This document shows, in pieces, positions 20,528 through 32,162 of a DNA stretch of 64,000 bases (positions are counted from its first letter, which is position 1; every line of letters begins with the position of its first letter). A model generated the notes under the pieces. The model was given only the letters and a program-made list of their open reading frames with translations. It had not been told where the DNA came from and searched no databases. The DNA is taken from sequence record OQ708376.1; one strand, given 5' to 3'. The position numbers and the translations under genes were made by a program.

Positions 20528-20797
20528 ATGTACGCACTGTATAATAAAGAAAAGAAACGATTTGCTAAGGTTGAAATTTCGATTGATACATTTGATATGT
20601 TGGAGTACTGTATTGTAACTGACCTATATGCTAACTTGTATTACGTTCTTGATGACGTATCAGTACTGCAACGATTGCTTGAGAATTCCAAAAGTCAATG
20701 CCAGGGCATCCATGATGGTTCATCTTATGAAACACCTGAGTGTTCCTACGGCTATCTGGACGGGTATGAGATTGTGAAGTTGGGGATCATTGAATAA
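20528..20797 (+). CDS. hypothetical protein, paralog of 18402..18656
   Basis: GGAG RBS; shared N- and C-terminal motifs. Confidence 0.7.
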   Translation: MYALYNKEKKRFAKVEISIDTFDMLEYCIVTDLYANLYYVLDDVSVLQRLLENSKSQCQGIHDGSSYETPECSYGYLDGYEIVKLGIIE

Positions 20798-20864
20798 AGA
20801 AAAGGGTTGACTTCGGTCAGCCCTTTTTGCTATAATTATTTCATCAAGACGAGAGGATGAATAC

Positions 20865-21380
20865 ATGACACGCATTAACTTAGTACACGTTAAAGAACTT
20901 GCTGACCAACATCTGATGGCTGAATATCGTGAACTCCCACGTGTATTTGGTGCTGTACAAAAACACGTTCAAGCACGTAAGCGTGTACGTGATTTCAAAA
21001 TTAACAGTACTTATCTGTTAGGTTCAGGTCATGTGACATTCTTTTACGACAAGTTGCTGTACTTACAGAAGCGTCATATCGATATTGTTAACGAATGTTT
21101 GCGTCGTGGTATGAAGATTCAAAACACTGAAGTAAACGACATTAGCGGATTCCCTGCTGAGTTTTGTAATGACTACGTACCATCGGAGTCAGAGATTAAA
21201 ATGTCTCGTGACCGTTTGATTGAGAAGCTCCAGATGAAGCCTACGTGGTATAAGTTTACTGATGTTGAATGTCCACAGTACGTTAAAGATATGCAGAACG
21301 TAAGTAGTAAGAACGAATCTAGTACTGATATGTTCGACGAAATTGAAGAACAAATCAAAGATGAAATGAATAATTATTAA
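20865..21380 (+). CDS. denV: pyrimidine dimer DNA glycosylase (T4 endonuclease V) with acidic C-terminal extension
   Basis: MTRINL...[19 protein letters not shown]...[13 protein letters not shown] closely matches T4 DenV. Confidence 0.95.
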   Translation: MTRINLVHVKELADQHLMAEYRELPRVFGAVQKHVQARKRVRDFKINSTYLLGSGHVTFFYDKLLYLQKRHIDIVNECLRRGMKIQNTEVNDISGFPAEFCNDYVPSESEIKMSRDRLIEKLQMKPTWYKFTDVECPQYVKDMQNVSSKNESSTDMFDEIEEQIKDEMNNY

Positions 21381-21418
21381 AGGAAAGGGTTGACTTCGGT
21401 TACACAAAGGAACATAAC

Positions 21419-21613
21419 ATGTTATTAGTATATTCAAAGCGTTTCTGGATTTCTTTTATTGTACTATCGCTAATCGGCTTCGGTTTGAGTATACTCTTTT
21501 CGTGGGATGAATTGGGCACATGGTATTATGAAGTCCCGTGGTACATGAAGATAGCTCCTTGTTATGCGGCATTGTTCGTGTCATTCCTTATTGTTGTCTT
21601 CAGCGAGGATTAG
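21419..21613 (+). CDS. 2-TM membrane protein
   Basis: AAGGA RBS; two hydrophobic helices. Confidence 0.65.
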   Translation: MLLVYSKRFWISFIVLSLIGFGLSILFSWDELGTWYYEVPWYMKIAPCYAALFVSFLIVVFSED

Positions 21614-21719
21614 TTGATGTAGTATGTGCTACACCAAAGTATTTGGATATTTTAGATATAAACATTGACACCTGTTCTATCTTTCTGTATTATGTACATC
21701 ACCAAATGAGGAATACAAC

Positions 21720-22079
21720 ATGGCATCTTTAAGTGAAATCGCAGAATACAACCCACTAACAATCTCAACAATTCAACGTACAAAAACTTTTTATTTCCGT
21801 CCTTCTGATGGATGGAAACGTGGAATGAATGGTGACTATCGAGTACTGGAAGATTCACTAATCGAGCGTATCAACTCTGAACTACAGAAGTATGAAGGTG
21901 TTAAAGTTGTGCGTTCAACTTCTCGTTATTTTGAGTACTACATTGAGTCTTCAACTGTAAATGAAAACTCATCATTCTCGGTGGACAACACTGATATTCT
22001 TCGTAATGCAGTTGGTCTGTTATGCAACATTGCAGAAGAAATGGGCTTAACTATTACTACTATGAGTGAATTAGAATAA
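21720..22079 (+). CDS. hypothetical protein
   Basis: Own TTGACA-N17-TATTAT promoter and GAGGA RBS. Confidence 0.75.
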   Translation: MASLSEIAEYNPLTISTIQRTKTFYFRPSDGWKRGMNGDYRVLEDSLIERINSELQKYEGVKVVRSTSRYFEYYIESSTVNENSSFSVDNTDILRNAVGLLCNIAEEMGLTITTMSELE

Positions 22080-22144
22080 CATAAAGGGTTGACTTCGGTC
22101 AGCCCTTTTTGCTATAATACTTTCATCAACAGAAGAGGTAACAC

Positions 22145-22375
22145 ATGAAACTATCTTTTATACGATTGGCTGAATTCTTTGGTACTGATGTAATTACTCT
22201 ACAACAAATAGCAGATAATACATCATTAACTACGCAAGAAGTACTTGACTTAGATGTAATTCAGTGCAATAATACTTCAATCGATTACAAAGAAGGTCTT
22301 GTCGAAAAAGATAAGATTCAGGCTAAGATTAATGGTGCTGGACGGGTTCAGTACTGGAAAGCTATATTAAGTTGA
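22145..22375 (+). CDS. hypothetical protein
   Basis: Follows the terminator-promoter cassette; GAGG RBS. Confidence 0.7.
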   Translation: MKLSFIRLAEFFGTDVITLQQIADNTSLTTQEVLDLDVIQCNNTSIDYKEGLVEKDKIQAKINGAGRVQYWKAILS

Positions 22376-22390
22376 ATTGGAGATTTGTAT

Positions 22391-24034
22391 ATGATTGGAA
22401 GTTTTTGTTTTATTGACAAAAAAAAACGTTCAAAACCTTATATTATTGCTGAAAAGGTAAGAAATATATTTTCTAATATAAAAGAAATAAATTGTGACTT
22501 TATTGGTTTTGATATTAACTCAATACTTGAATGGGAAGGGGAAAAAACATATATTTTATATGAAATAAATGGTATAACAAAAAAGATTAGATATGATATT
22601 CTAAGACAACATTCTAATAATGGTTCTTTTCCGAATAAAAAACATTTTAATTCTGAAGAATTAAAAAAATGTAGTAAAGAAAAAAAAATATTTGATTATG
22701 ATAAGTCAATGAGATTGTCATCTTATTATTCAACACCAAATATAATAACGGTTGGTGATAAAGATATATCATATTTTACTGCTCTTCAGTTAGAAGCTAT
22801 ATCTCCATATATGCATTTTAACTCTATCACACCCACTGAATATTCGAAAAAAATATTGAATAAGATAAAAGAGTTTAAAAATGTTGAAGTTATTTTTTAT
22901 GGATTTTATGTATCATACTATTCAGAATGGAATAACAAAAAAACAAAAATAGTAATATCTTTTAATGAATATGTTACCTATCATATGACAATTGATGATT
23001 TTTTATATAGTTTAGATAGTAATATAACAGATATTCCTCGTTTTAATTATAATAATGAAAATTTTATTTATCGTATGATGTTTTTTGGATATGCTAATAA
23101 TCATACTTTTGATTTATCAAATTTAAACATTAAAAATTCCAAATCAATAATTAGAAAAAAATGTAAAGTATGTAAAAGTACTGATGTAGTGAGTATTGCA
23201 CAACATATTAGGAATCCTAGTTGCTCTGTATGTTTTTATAATACTGAAAAATTTAATTATAATGAATATGAAGCATGTGAAGAAGTTGTTAATGAGTATA
23301 AGGGATTTCATTATATGAATCATGATAATATAAAATTCATTCCAATTGGATGTTCTTACACACCATTTGAATGGTATGAAATAATAAAATATAAGGGTGG
23401 TGATTCTTTTATTGGTTTTTATATTAACAGTTCTTCAGAGTTTGACGGTAATAAGACGAAAATTTTATTAGATATTAATGGGGTAATATTAACTCCAACA
23501 ATTCTCAATTTTCTTGAGAGATACGAAAATATGTATAAAGACCTAATAAATCCAACAATATCTTTGGAAATTATGTCTAATAATAAATACAAACCCTCGG
23601 TTGCACGTCACAAAAGAATCTTTAGTCAACCTATTTTAACATTAGGAGGGATTATTTCATCAAATGATTTATCATCATATGAAATGATAGTCGCATTGTT
23701 CCTAATCAAAAATAATATTGATTTTCATTTTCAATTCAGAACTGAAGAATCAATAGAATTTATGGGAAATAGAAGATATGATTTTTATGTACCAGATTAT
23801 AATCTAATCATTGAAGTTGATGGTGCACAGCATACAAACTATTGCCCAATATTTCATAGAAGTGAAGAGTGCTTACAAAAACAAATGGAAATTGATGAAA
23901 TAAAACTTGAATTTGCAAAAGAATCAGGATATAATTTTGCTCGCATTAACTATGATGAATCTATTGTTGATGAACTTATTAATGTGATTAAAAAAATATC
24001 ATCTGAAAATAATCAGATTATTAGAACTTATTAA
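22391..24034 (+). CDS. putative homing endonuclease, C-terminal PD-(D/E)xK (DUF559/Vsr-like) domain
   Basis: RYDFYVPDYNLIIEVDGAQH; CxxC...CxxC; very AT-rich. Confidence 0.7.
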   Translation: MIGSFCFIDKKKRSKPYIIAEKVRNIFSNIKEINCDFIGFDINSILEWEGEKTYILYEINGITKKIRYDILRQHSNNGSFPNKKHFNSEELKKCSKEKKIFDYDKSMRLSSYYSTPNIITVGDKDISYFTALQLEAISPYMHFNSITPTEYSKKILNKIKEFKNVEVIFYGFYVSYYSEWNNKKTKIVISFNEYVTYHMTIDDFLYSLDSNITDIPRFNYNNENFIYRMMFFGYANNHTFDLSNLNIKNSKSIIRKKCKVCKSTDVVSIAQHIRNPSCSVCFYNTEKFNYNEYEACEEVVNEYKGFHYMNHDNIKFIPIGCSYTPFEWYEIIKYKGGDSFIGFYINSSSEFDGNKTKILLDINGVILTPTILNFLERYENMYKDLINPTISLEIMSNNKYKPSVARHKRIFSQPILTLGGIISSNDLSSYEMIVALFLIKNNIDFHFQFRTEESIEFMGNRRYDFYVPDYNLIIEVDGAQHTNYCPIFHRSEECLQKQMEIDEIKLEFAKESGYNFARINYDESIVDELINVIKKISSENNQIIRTY

Positions 24035-24104
24035 TAATAAAAAGGGTTGACTTCGGTCGGCCCTTTTTGCTATAATTATTTCATCAACTACAGAGGGTAA
24101 CGAA

Positions 24105-24878
24105 ATGAACCGTACAGAGAAAGCAATCCAAATCGAAAAGAACTTCAACTCCATGATGGCAGCACTGGAATGTCTTCTTGATACACAAACTAACTCTATC
24201 AACTCTCTGATCGTTTCTGGTAAGGGTGGTGTTGGTAAAACTTATAACGTTGACCAACGGTTGCAGAAAGCTGATGATAACTTTGAAATCGACTACAAGA
24301 AAATCAGTGGTAAAGTAACTACTTTGGGTCTGTATGAAGCACTGTATCGTTCACGTCATGCAGCATCTGTACTGTTACTTGATGACGTTGATATCTTCTC
24401 GGACGAGACTAATATTGATTTGCTTAAAGCTGTGTTGGATACGTCAGAGAAGCGTGTAGTTTCTTACGCGACTTCTGCTAAGTACTTGGAACAGCAGGGT
24501 ATCCCTAAGCAGTTTGAATTCCGTGGTAAAGTAATCTTTCTGACTAACAAAAACCTGTCACAGATTGCTAAAGGTAAAAGCAGCTTAGCACCACACATCG
24601 ATGCACTGATCACTCGTAGTATCTTTGTTGACCTGCAACTGTTCACCAACGAAGAAGTGATGATTCACATTGAGAACATCATGAACAAAACTAACATCCT
24701 TGAAAACAATGGTGTTAACAAAAATGGTTGTAAAGCAATCCTGAATTGGATGCTGAGCAATGAAGATCGTCTACGTAGTCCTTCACTGCGTATGCCAGTA
24801 CTGATCGCTGGTCTGTATAATAAATTCCCATACGATTGGGAGTCAATGGCAGAGAATATGTTCCTTGATAAAATTTAA
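24105..24878 (+). CDS. AAA-like P-loop ATPase
   Basis: Walker A SGKGGVGKT, Walker B LLLDDVD, sensor-like FLTN. Confidence 0.85.
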   Translation: MNRTEKAIQIEKNFNSMMAALECLLDTQTNSINSLIVSGKGGVGKTYNVDQRLQKADDNFEIDYKKISGKVTTLGLYEALYRSRHAASVLLLDDVDIFSDETNIDLLKAVLDTSEKRVVSYATSAKYLEQQGIPKQFEFRGKVIFLTNKNLSQIAKGKSSLAPHIDALITRSIFVDLQLFTNEEVMIHIENIMNKTNILENNGVNKNGCKAILNWMLSNEDRLRSPSLRMPVLIAGLYNKFPYDWESMAENMFLDKI

Positions 24879-24945
24879 TTACATGCATTGACAGTACTAA
24901 CAATGTGTAGTACTATAACAAAAGTTTAATCACTGGAGACACCCA

Positions 24946-27726
24946 ATGCGTGAGTTTTTTGAATCTAATATAATGCTTGGTATTACACTGATATACATGT
25001 TTGTATTCTTGTTTTATCATTCAATTGTAATTAGTCTTTGGTATTTTAAAAGGAAAGTTGTTTTTAAATTGTATTCGTATGATAATGTATTCTTAGTTGT
25101 ATATAGCATTATACAAGGTGGGTTTATTTTATTTGGTGTGATGACATATGTGATTTACATGTTACAAATTGATAATACACCACACATTACACAATATGTT
25201 GTGTTTTCAGGACTAATCGTCTGGTTATTGGTGTGTACTATGTATTTTATTATTAAAGCTCGTGATAACTTTAAATGGGGATTCTAATGTTAGAATTTTT
25301 TAAATCAGATACAATGATTAGTATTACTTTGATTTATCTGTTTGGTTTTTTCTTTTATCATGCACTAGTTGTAGTACTATGGTATTTTAAAAAGAAAATT
25401 GTTTTTAAACTGTATCCAGTGAGGAATTCATCACTAGTTCTTTACACACTTGTTCAAGGTTTGTTTGCAATTGTTGGTCTTATGGCACACTTAATTTATT
25501 GTGCTAATCCTCACTTGAACTCAATCTCACAATATATTGTATTCTTTGGGTTGTTCATTTGGTTAGTTGCATACTTAATCCATCTCATTATTCATGGTAG
25601 AGATAAAATTCGCGGAGACTTCTAATGTTTGAAGCTTATCTTGAGTTTTTAAGGAGTAGTCCAGTTGCACATTCACTTGCAGGGATTATTCTAACAACTT
25701 ATGTATCATTTTGGTTAGTTATGTTTCTAGGATGGTATTTTAAACGACAATTCTATAAACGTAATGGTGAAGATTTTATGAATTCTGCCATTAATCAATC
25801 GTTGTTTGCATCAACATTGATTGCATGTATTGTAGCAACACTCACAGGAAAGGTACTACCAGCTTTTTCCGCAGTTTACGGCACACTTGGGATGATATGT
25901 TTAACTTTTATATTGACCATTAAAATTTGTTGTGTTATGATTGAACTTCGAAATAAGATACCGGAGGAATGATGGAGTACTTTATTGATTTACTGCCGTG
26001 GTATATGAAAGTTAGTACTTTGTACTATATTATTAGTGCTGGGTTCTACTTTCTGATGTGGTTCTTCAAACGACCAATTTCAGTATTCATCTCTGATAAC
26101 ATGCTGCAATTAAAATTACACGCATGGTTTGGTATGGCGATGATTATGCCAATTATTCACTACTCAATGATTAGTAGAGGTTTCCGTTCTAATGGTGAAC
26201 CAATTGTATTAGTATTCTATTGGGGTTCAACTATTGCATATGTAAGTTTGTTGTTGTTCCCAGTCGTTCATAAGTTACGTGCTAAAGTTCCTGATGCGAG
26301 GTACTAATGGATATAGTAACATTGATTTACACGTTGTATTCATTCTATTTCATTATGTGTTGGGTTGGATTTTTATTTGTACTCAAGATGTTTGATTATG
26401 TTGAAAAACAGATAAAAGAATTTTGTATTCCTTTTATCGGTTCAACCATTATTAGTGTTTCTTGTGTGTATTTTTTGGTTTTTGATCCACCAGATAACAC
26501 TGCAATGATTGACTTGATGTTACTACCAACAACTGTTACTTTTTTATGTAGTCTGATGCCGCCGATTAGCCGTGGACTAACAGAATTTAGACGCAATCAA
26601 AAGCGTAAACGAGGGATGTAATGGAAATTGCTCTTATTATCTTAACTGCTATGCTGTTTATTAGTACTGTGGTTATAATTGGTAAATTCTTTTGTGTATC
26701 ATTTTTAGAAACGGTATACGATGAAATTGCTGATGATTATGAATTACAAGCCGGATTTTTCATTACGTATTGGCTTAGTTTATTTTGTCTAGTCATTGCT
26801 TGGATTTTACATATCTTTAAATGGGGTATGGTAGACGGTGATCCTATTATGGCAATTATTGTTCTAGTGTTTGGTATCCTTGGTGGTGCAGTGCATAATC
26901 TAATGGTTATCTGGCAAACTGTTCAATATGTTTTGGTTCCCTATTTCGAAAAGATGCACAGTACAATTAAAAAACGTAAACGAGGTTAGTATGAACGGGA
27001 TAGAATTATCTTTCGTTGGTCAATTACTAGTAATGGCGTATACATTTATCTTCTCACTGAATGCATTCGTGTGCATTGGGAAGTACTTCCATAAGCGACC
27101 ATTATCAAATATATATGATGTAATCCAAAAGAGATATAGTCCAGCATATACTGTGTTGGGTACAGTATTCAATTTTGGTTTTATTGTATTAATAATTGGA
27201 CTGTTCACATCCTCTTTGAATACAATAACCTTTGGTCTTATGATATGTTCATTGGTATTAGCCGTAATTATATGTTGTTTAGTACTGCACCTTGTGGTAC
27301 TATTGTATATAAAGATCTCTGAAATCCACCAACGTTTGGGTATGAGGAAATAATATGAGTTACCGTGAGATATTTTCCATTATTTCAATTATTATGTTCA
27401 GTACTGGAACACTGGTATGGTTATTATACTTCTTCTGTATTAATCCAGTGTATAATATGTTATGTAATATTAAATCAAGTGCCGGATATATCACTTTTAT
27501 GGTCTTTATGGGATATTATTGTCTAAGCATTTTAGGTGTTGTTTTGGTTGTTATATTTGATGTGGGACCAAATAGTGATGGTATGGAAATACATGAATTA
27601 ATAACCATGTTTGGATGTATGATACCAACAGCACTACTGTTTGTAGCTACTGGTAGTGGATTGATAAAATTATATAATTATTTAAAATCCATTCATAATT
27701 CCATTCATAATAAGCGTATGTCATAA
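24946..27726 (+). CDS. eight tandem paralogous ~105-125-aa membrane proteins (24946..25287, 25287..25625, 25625..25972, 25969..26307, 26307..26621, 26621..26989, 26991..27353, 27355..27726)
   Basis: Three hydrophobic helices, W/K-Y-F-K motif after helix 1, basic C-terminus; stop/start coupling. Confidence 0.75.
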
Positions 27727-27731
27727 TAAAA

Positions 27732-27755
27732 ATCCAGTACTATTAAGTACTGGAT
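27732..27755. terminator. hairpin with AGTAC(T) in both arms
   Basis: ATCCAGTAC-TATTAA-GTACTGGAT. Confidence 0.5.
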
Positions 27756-27767
27756 GTATAAGGAGTT

Positions 27768-28430
27768 ATGATGAAATCAAAATTAGGTTTGTTTTATAAA
27801 AATTATTTTGTTAAACAACGTAAATTTATAAAAAAATATTTCTCTGGAGAGAAGTCTAGTCCTATAATCTTTAAAAGACCAAGTTATAATACTTACTTAG
27901 CTGGTGCTAAACAGTCTAAGAAATTTATTACTCTTTTACATAAAAACAACATTAAAGCTTCTTATGTTGAAACGAGAAGAAACTCATCAATAACTCCGGG
28001 TGATTTTATTGAGTACGGATGTTTCAATATTAAGTACAATGATAATACATACTTTATGGATATTGATTGTAATACATCCAATCTTTTTAACATTGTAGTA
28101 AATCCATTAAAACAATATAATGTTTATGGTGATTCTATTATCAAATTAATCAAAAACAAAGATGGCTTTGATTTTGAAATAAATGTTTTAGATGATAATT
28201 TTGACGAAGTACCCGTAAACCCTGAAATCTGTGATATTTTAAACAGTTTAAAAGGTAGTACCTACAATATATCATCTGATTTAATGTTTCAGTACTCATT
28301 AATCCATAAAGATATTGAAAAGTATATTGAATGCTCCAGAATTTTGAATTTTCTCTATGATGAATTTAAAAAGAGTTCTAAAATAACTGCATACACTTTG
28401 TACAATATTCCTAAAATGGTGAATCTTTGA
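27768..28430 (+). CDS. hypothetical protein, ExxFQxS family
   Basis: LNSLKGSTYNISSDLMFQYSLIH; AAGGAG RBS. Confidence 0.7.
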   Translation: MMKSKLGLFYKNYFVKQRKFIKKYFSGEKSSPIIFKRPSYNTYLAGAKQSKKFITLLHKNNIKASYVETRRNSSITPGDFIEYGCFNIKYNDNTYFMDIDCNTSNLFNIVVNPLKQYNVYGDSIIKLIKNKDGFDFEINVLDDNFDEVPVNPEICDILNSLKGSTYNISSDLMFQYSLIHKDIEKYIECSRILNFLYDEFKKSSKITAYTLYNIPKMVNL

Positions 28431-29563
28431 CAAATACAGTACTGGCAACTCCACCGTCTGTAATATTTTGTCCAGTACTGTAAATTTGTATACCATCGGT
28501 TAAGTAAGTTCTGTATAAAGTTGCTGTAACATATACGTTATTCATATTCATCTCTGTTGGTAGTACACATTTGGTATAGGCCGACACATCGGTTTGTGTA
28601 CCTATACCTAATTGTCCTGCGTTATCGCCTGTGTTATTACCAGTTGCGTAAACACCCAATGAAGTTATAATATGATTAGAAAAATATGAATAACCTACAC
28701 TGCTTCTTATTATATCGCCAGGTGCTTGTGTTGTTTGTCTTAACGAAATATATGTTTGTGATGTAGAACCATTTGCTAACTGACCAAAGTATTGACCACC
28801 ACCATGATATGCAAATAATTTATTAGTACTATTATTATTTGCTATAGCAAAAGCAAAGTAACTTGAGTTTGTTGTATAATCTTTTACTGTATAGGTATTA
28901 GTTATTTGAGAACATAACGTGTACTTTGAATATAACGTCATGTCGGTTGTACCTACGCCTGATATTGCACCAGTATAATACAATCTTCCATCGGTTCCAA
29001 TAAAACCTTGCATAAGAAAATTTGCCAATATTTTGGATGGTGTAACTCCAGTAGGTACTGTTCCTTGTACAAATGATGAAAGTGAATCAGTACTTCTACC
29101 ATTTCCTAGTTGACCATAACTACCATAGCCTGTATTCCATATAGTGTTGTCTGTGCATAATACGCTCAGTGCTCCTGCACTAACTACAATTTGTTTTATT
29201 GTTTTGCCTAGGGCTGTTATTCTATCAAACACTATCTTTGCAGAAGACCACGTTGTTGACTTATCAGTTGATAAACCGAATGATGCACCATTTCCAGCGT
29301 ACCACATCGTATTATCTTTCTTTTTTATTAAGGTTGACTCATACCCGCACCCATAGATCTTCTACGTTTGTATTGCATAAAACCCATTTCGTTTGTGTTA
29401 TAATATTACCTATACCCATTTGCCCAAACTCTTGAGAGCCTCTACTGTACAACGTACCATCTGACATAAGGGCAAAAACTGTCGTATCAGATGAAGCTAT
29501 TTTTGTAACAGAAGGTTGTATGTTCTTTTTTGATGATGTGATAATTCTTCCAAAGGGTAGCAT
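28411..29563 (-). pseudogene. RCC1/BLIP-II-like propeller paralog 1, +1 frameshift
   Basis: MLPFGRI start at 29563; removing one C at 29350..29352 gives LWCGYESTLIKKKDNTMWY in frame with 28411..29307. Confidence 0.75.
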
Positions 29564-29634
29564 TGTATCCTCCAAATGTAAATCGTTATTATATTTAGGA
29601 CAAAAAAATGCCAGTACAAAATACTGGCTTTATT

Positions 29635-30840
29635 TTATATACCACGACTGGGTATTTTATATAATTGAAATTTAGTGTAATAATCAGAAACTGTTGTACC
29701 TGTCGCTTGTGGGATATAGCCACTCAAATACACATCCCCTTGATTATCCATATACACATTTGTACATTCACTTGGACAGAATAACTCGATGCTGCCAACT
29801 TTAGGTGCATCAACTGGAACTACAAATGTAGTACTTGATGTGGTATTACCGCGACCGAGCCTACCATATGTGTTTATACCACACATATAAAGTGAATTGT
29901 TAGTTTTAACCGTAAGCCCACCATATGTTAATGAATTTGATTTCATTTCCATATTATCTGATATTGGTAGAGTGGAGATTGTAGATAATACTGTCCCTGA
30001 TGAAGCGGCTGAACCATTACCCAAGTTACCTTCCGATTGAATCCCACTTGCACGAACTGTATATGTATTATTCGTGTTGTGTTTAGATACAACCCATGAT
30101 GCACTCCCACCAAGTTCATAATGTATAACAGTATTGTTGGCTAATGCACCCATTTGTGTCCATACTTTAACGTTAGTTTCACCATTACTTATACCAAGTG
30201 AACCCCATGTGTTTTGACCAGTGACCCAAAGTGTTTTATCAATTTTCTGCACAATCACTGCACTTGAACCTGTTTTTACACTATCCACATTCGTATTAAT
30301 TGAAGTAAATGTTGATAATCTTGTGGTTGTGTTATTACCAAAATATCCCTGTGTATTGGCCCCCATTCCATATAGCGTACCATTTTGAAGTAAAACAAAA
30401 ATACCCTCCCCTACAATTTGAATGTCCTTAATTTGCGACAATTGTGTTGCATTGAATACTGATGTAAAATATGAAGTACAATCAGTATAAGTACTGACAG
30501 TACTTAATCCTGTACCAATAGCTCTACCTACGCCACTGTAATAAAATTTATTATCTTCGGTTTGGATTAAATTAAAAGAACCTTGGGCTGTTCTAAAACG
30601 TTTTACATTTTGGTATATTAAAGCCCACTCTTTTACTTTCGCATTAGGTACACCATTTCCGAATCCATAGTTTTGTGAACTAGTTCCACCTATACCCATT
30701 AAGTCTCCATTTTTATATAATAGTAAGAGTGCTGTTGCTGGAATAACTGACGCACTATAACCATTGTAAATAAAGATTTCTTTCACTTCAGGAACTTTCA
30801 TTTTATTTGCGTATTTTATCATCCTTGGAAAAGGTAACAT
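29635..30840 (-). CDS. RCC1/BLIP-II-like propeller paralog 2
   Basis: MLPFPRMIKYAN; G.N..G.LG repeats; 401 aa. Confidence 0.85.
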   Translation of the reverse strand: MLPFPRMIKYANKMKVPEVKEIFIYNGYSASVIPATALLLLYKNGDLMGIGGTSSQNYGFGNGVPNAKVKEWALIYQNVKRFRTAQGSFNLIQTEDNKFYYSGVGRAIGTGLSTVSTYTDCTSYFTSVFNATQLSQIKDIQIVGEGIFVLLQNGTLYGMGANTQGYFGNNTTTRLSTFTSINTNVDSVKTGSSAVIVQKIDKTLWVTGQNTWGSLGISNGETNVKVWTQMGALANNTVIHYELGGSASWVVSKHNTNNTYTVRASGIQSEGNLGNGSAASSGTVLSTISTLPISDNMEMKSNSLTYGGLTVKTNNSLYMCGINTYGRLGRGNTTSSTTFVVPVDAPKVGSIELFCPSECTNVYMDNQGDVYLSGYIPQATGTTVSDYYTKFQLYKIPSRGI

Positions 30841-30915
30841 AAATCCCTCCTTTATTCATTATACTATATTTAATCAAAAAGAAAAGCCAGCACTCTGTAC
30901 TGGCATTTAAAATAA

Positions 30916-32091
30916 TCAAATTGTAGGAAGTAGGAATTCTTTCATAACAGATGAACTGCTTGCAGATACATTATCTGGTGATTTCCCTGCGTAGTATAAT
31001 TTATTATTAATGAACATATACAATGTTGCATCATTTCCTGCAACTAGTGATTCACTTTTCTTAAATTGAACACCACTAGGTAAAATTGCTTCAACAAATG
31101 AACCTGATTCTCTTGTAGTATTATTTGCCAATTGACCATTGTTATTATAACCAGTACTATAAATTTTACCTGAACTATAATATACGAGTCCACGAGTACT
31201 AGTGTTTTCTATTCGAATGAATTCACTATCATCTGGAACTGTAGTTGATAGTACTGGGTTTAACTTATAAGCAGATGTTACATTATTATTACCCAATTGA
31301 CCATAACCTTGAAAGCCTAGAGTGTACATTGGACATGATTCTGGTGTACCTTTTGTTATAATACCAATATAATTCGAACTACAAAAAATATCTATTGCTT
31401 CTGTAATAGGTGTACCCTTATATTGAACCCAAGGGAATACATACGTTTGTTGCTTACTATTTCCCAAAGTACCGGAAGTTGTTGTTCCTGTACGCCACAT
31501 TGTATCATCAAGTTTAATTATCCAGTTAGCTGGCGTTATCGATGAACAGAATTTTTTAACATTATCCACTAAAAATGTAAATTTATTATAATATGATGCA
31601 GTGTTTATTCCAAACTTAGCACCAGTATTATCACCTAACAAATATAAACTATTATCTGTATCTAAAATCAAAGCATAATCATAACCCACGTATATCTCTT
31701 TAATTTTTGAAATACCAAATTGTGCGAAATAGCTTGTACATTCAGTGAATGTTGTCACTGTATTTGTTGTGTTATTACCTAGCCATTTATCTAAACCACT
31801 ATAAAAGAATCTATCATCATTTGTGCGTATTAGACAAAAAGAGTTCATTGTACTGCACCAAAAATCTTTAACATTGCTGTATATTTGTGTCCATTCAGTT
31901 ACTTGATTAGTATGACCTAAACCAAAAATTCCACCATTCTGAAGACCAATAGCCCATATTGAACCATTTTTGTCAAGCATCATCGTGCATGTATATGAAT
32001 AACCACATGACGGGGTAACTAATTTAACAAAATTGGGAATATATGGTAAAACTTTATTTCCATAATCCAACATTCTTACAAAAGGTAACAT
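30916..32091 (-). CDS. RCC1/BLIP-II-like propeller paralog 3
   Basis: MLPFVRMLDYGN; GYNNNGQL repeats; 391 aa. Confidence 0.85.
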   Translation of the reverse strand: MLPFVRMLDYGNKVLPYIPNFVKLVTPSCGYSYTCTMMLDKNGSIWAIGLQNGGIFGLGHTNQVTEWTQIYSNVKDFWCSTMNSFCLIRTNDDRFFYSGLDKWLGNNTTNTVTTFTECTSYFAQFGISKIKEIYVGYDYALILDTDNSLYLLGDNTGAKFGINTASYYNKFTFLVDNVKKFCSSITPANWIIKLDDTMWRTGTTTSGTLGNSKQQTYVFPWVQYKGTPITEAIDIFCSSNYIGIITKGTPESCPMYTLGFQGYGQLGNNNVTSAYKLNPVLSTTVPDDSEFIRIENTSTRGLVYYSSGKIYSTGYNNNGQLANNTTRESGSFVEAILPSGVQFKKSESLVAGNDATLYMFINNKLYYAGKSPDNVSASSSSVMKEFLLPTI

Positions 32092-32162
32092 AAATTCCTC
32101 CTTTATTCATTATACTATATTTAATACAAATAAGAAAGCCAGTACAGAGTACTGGCATAATG

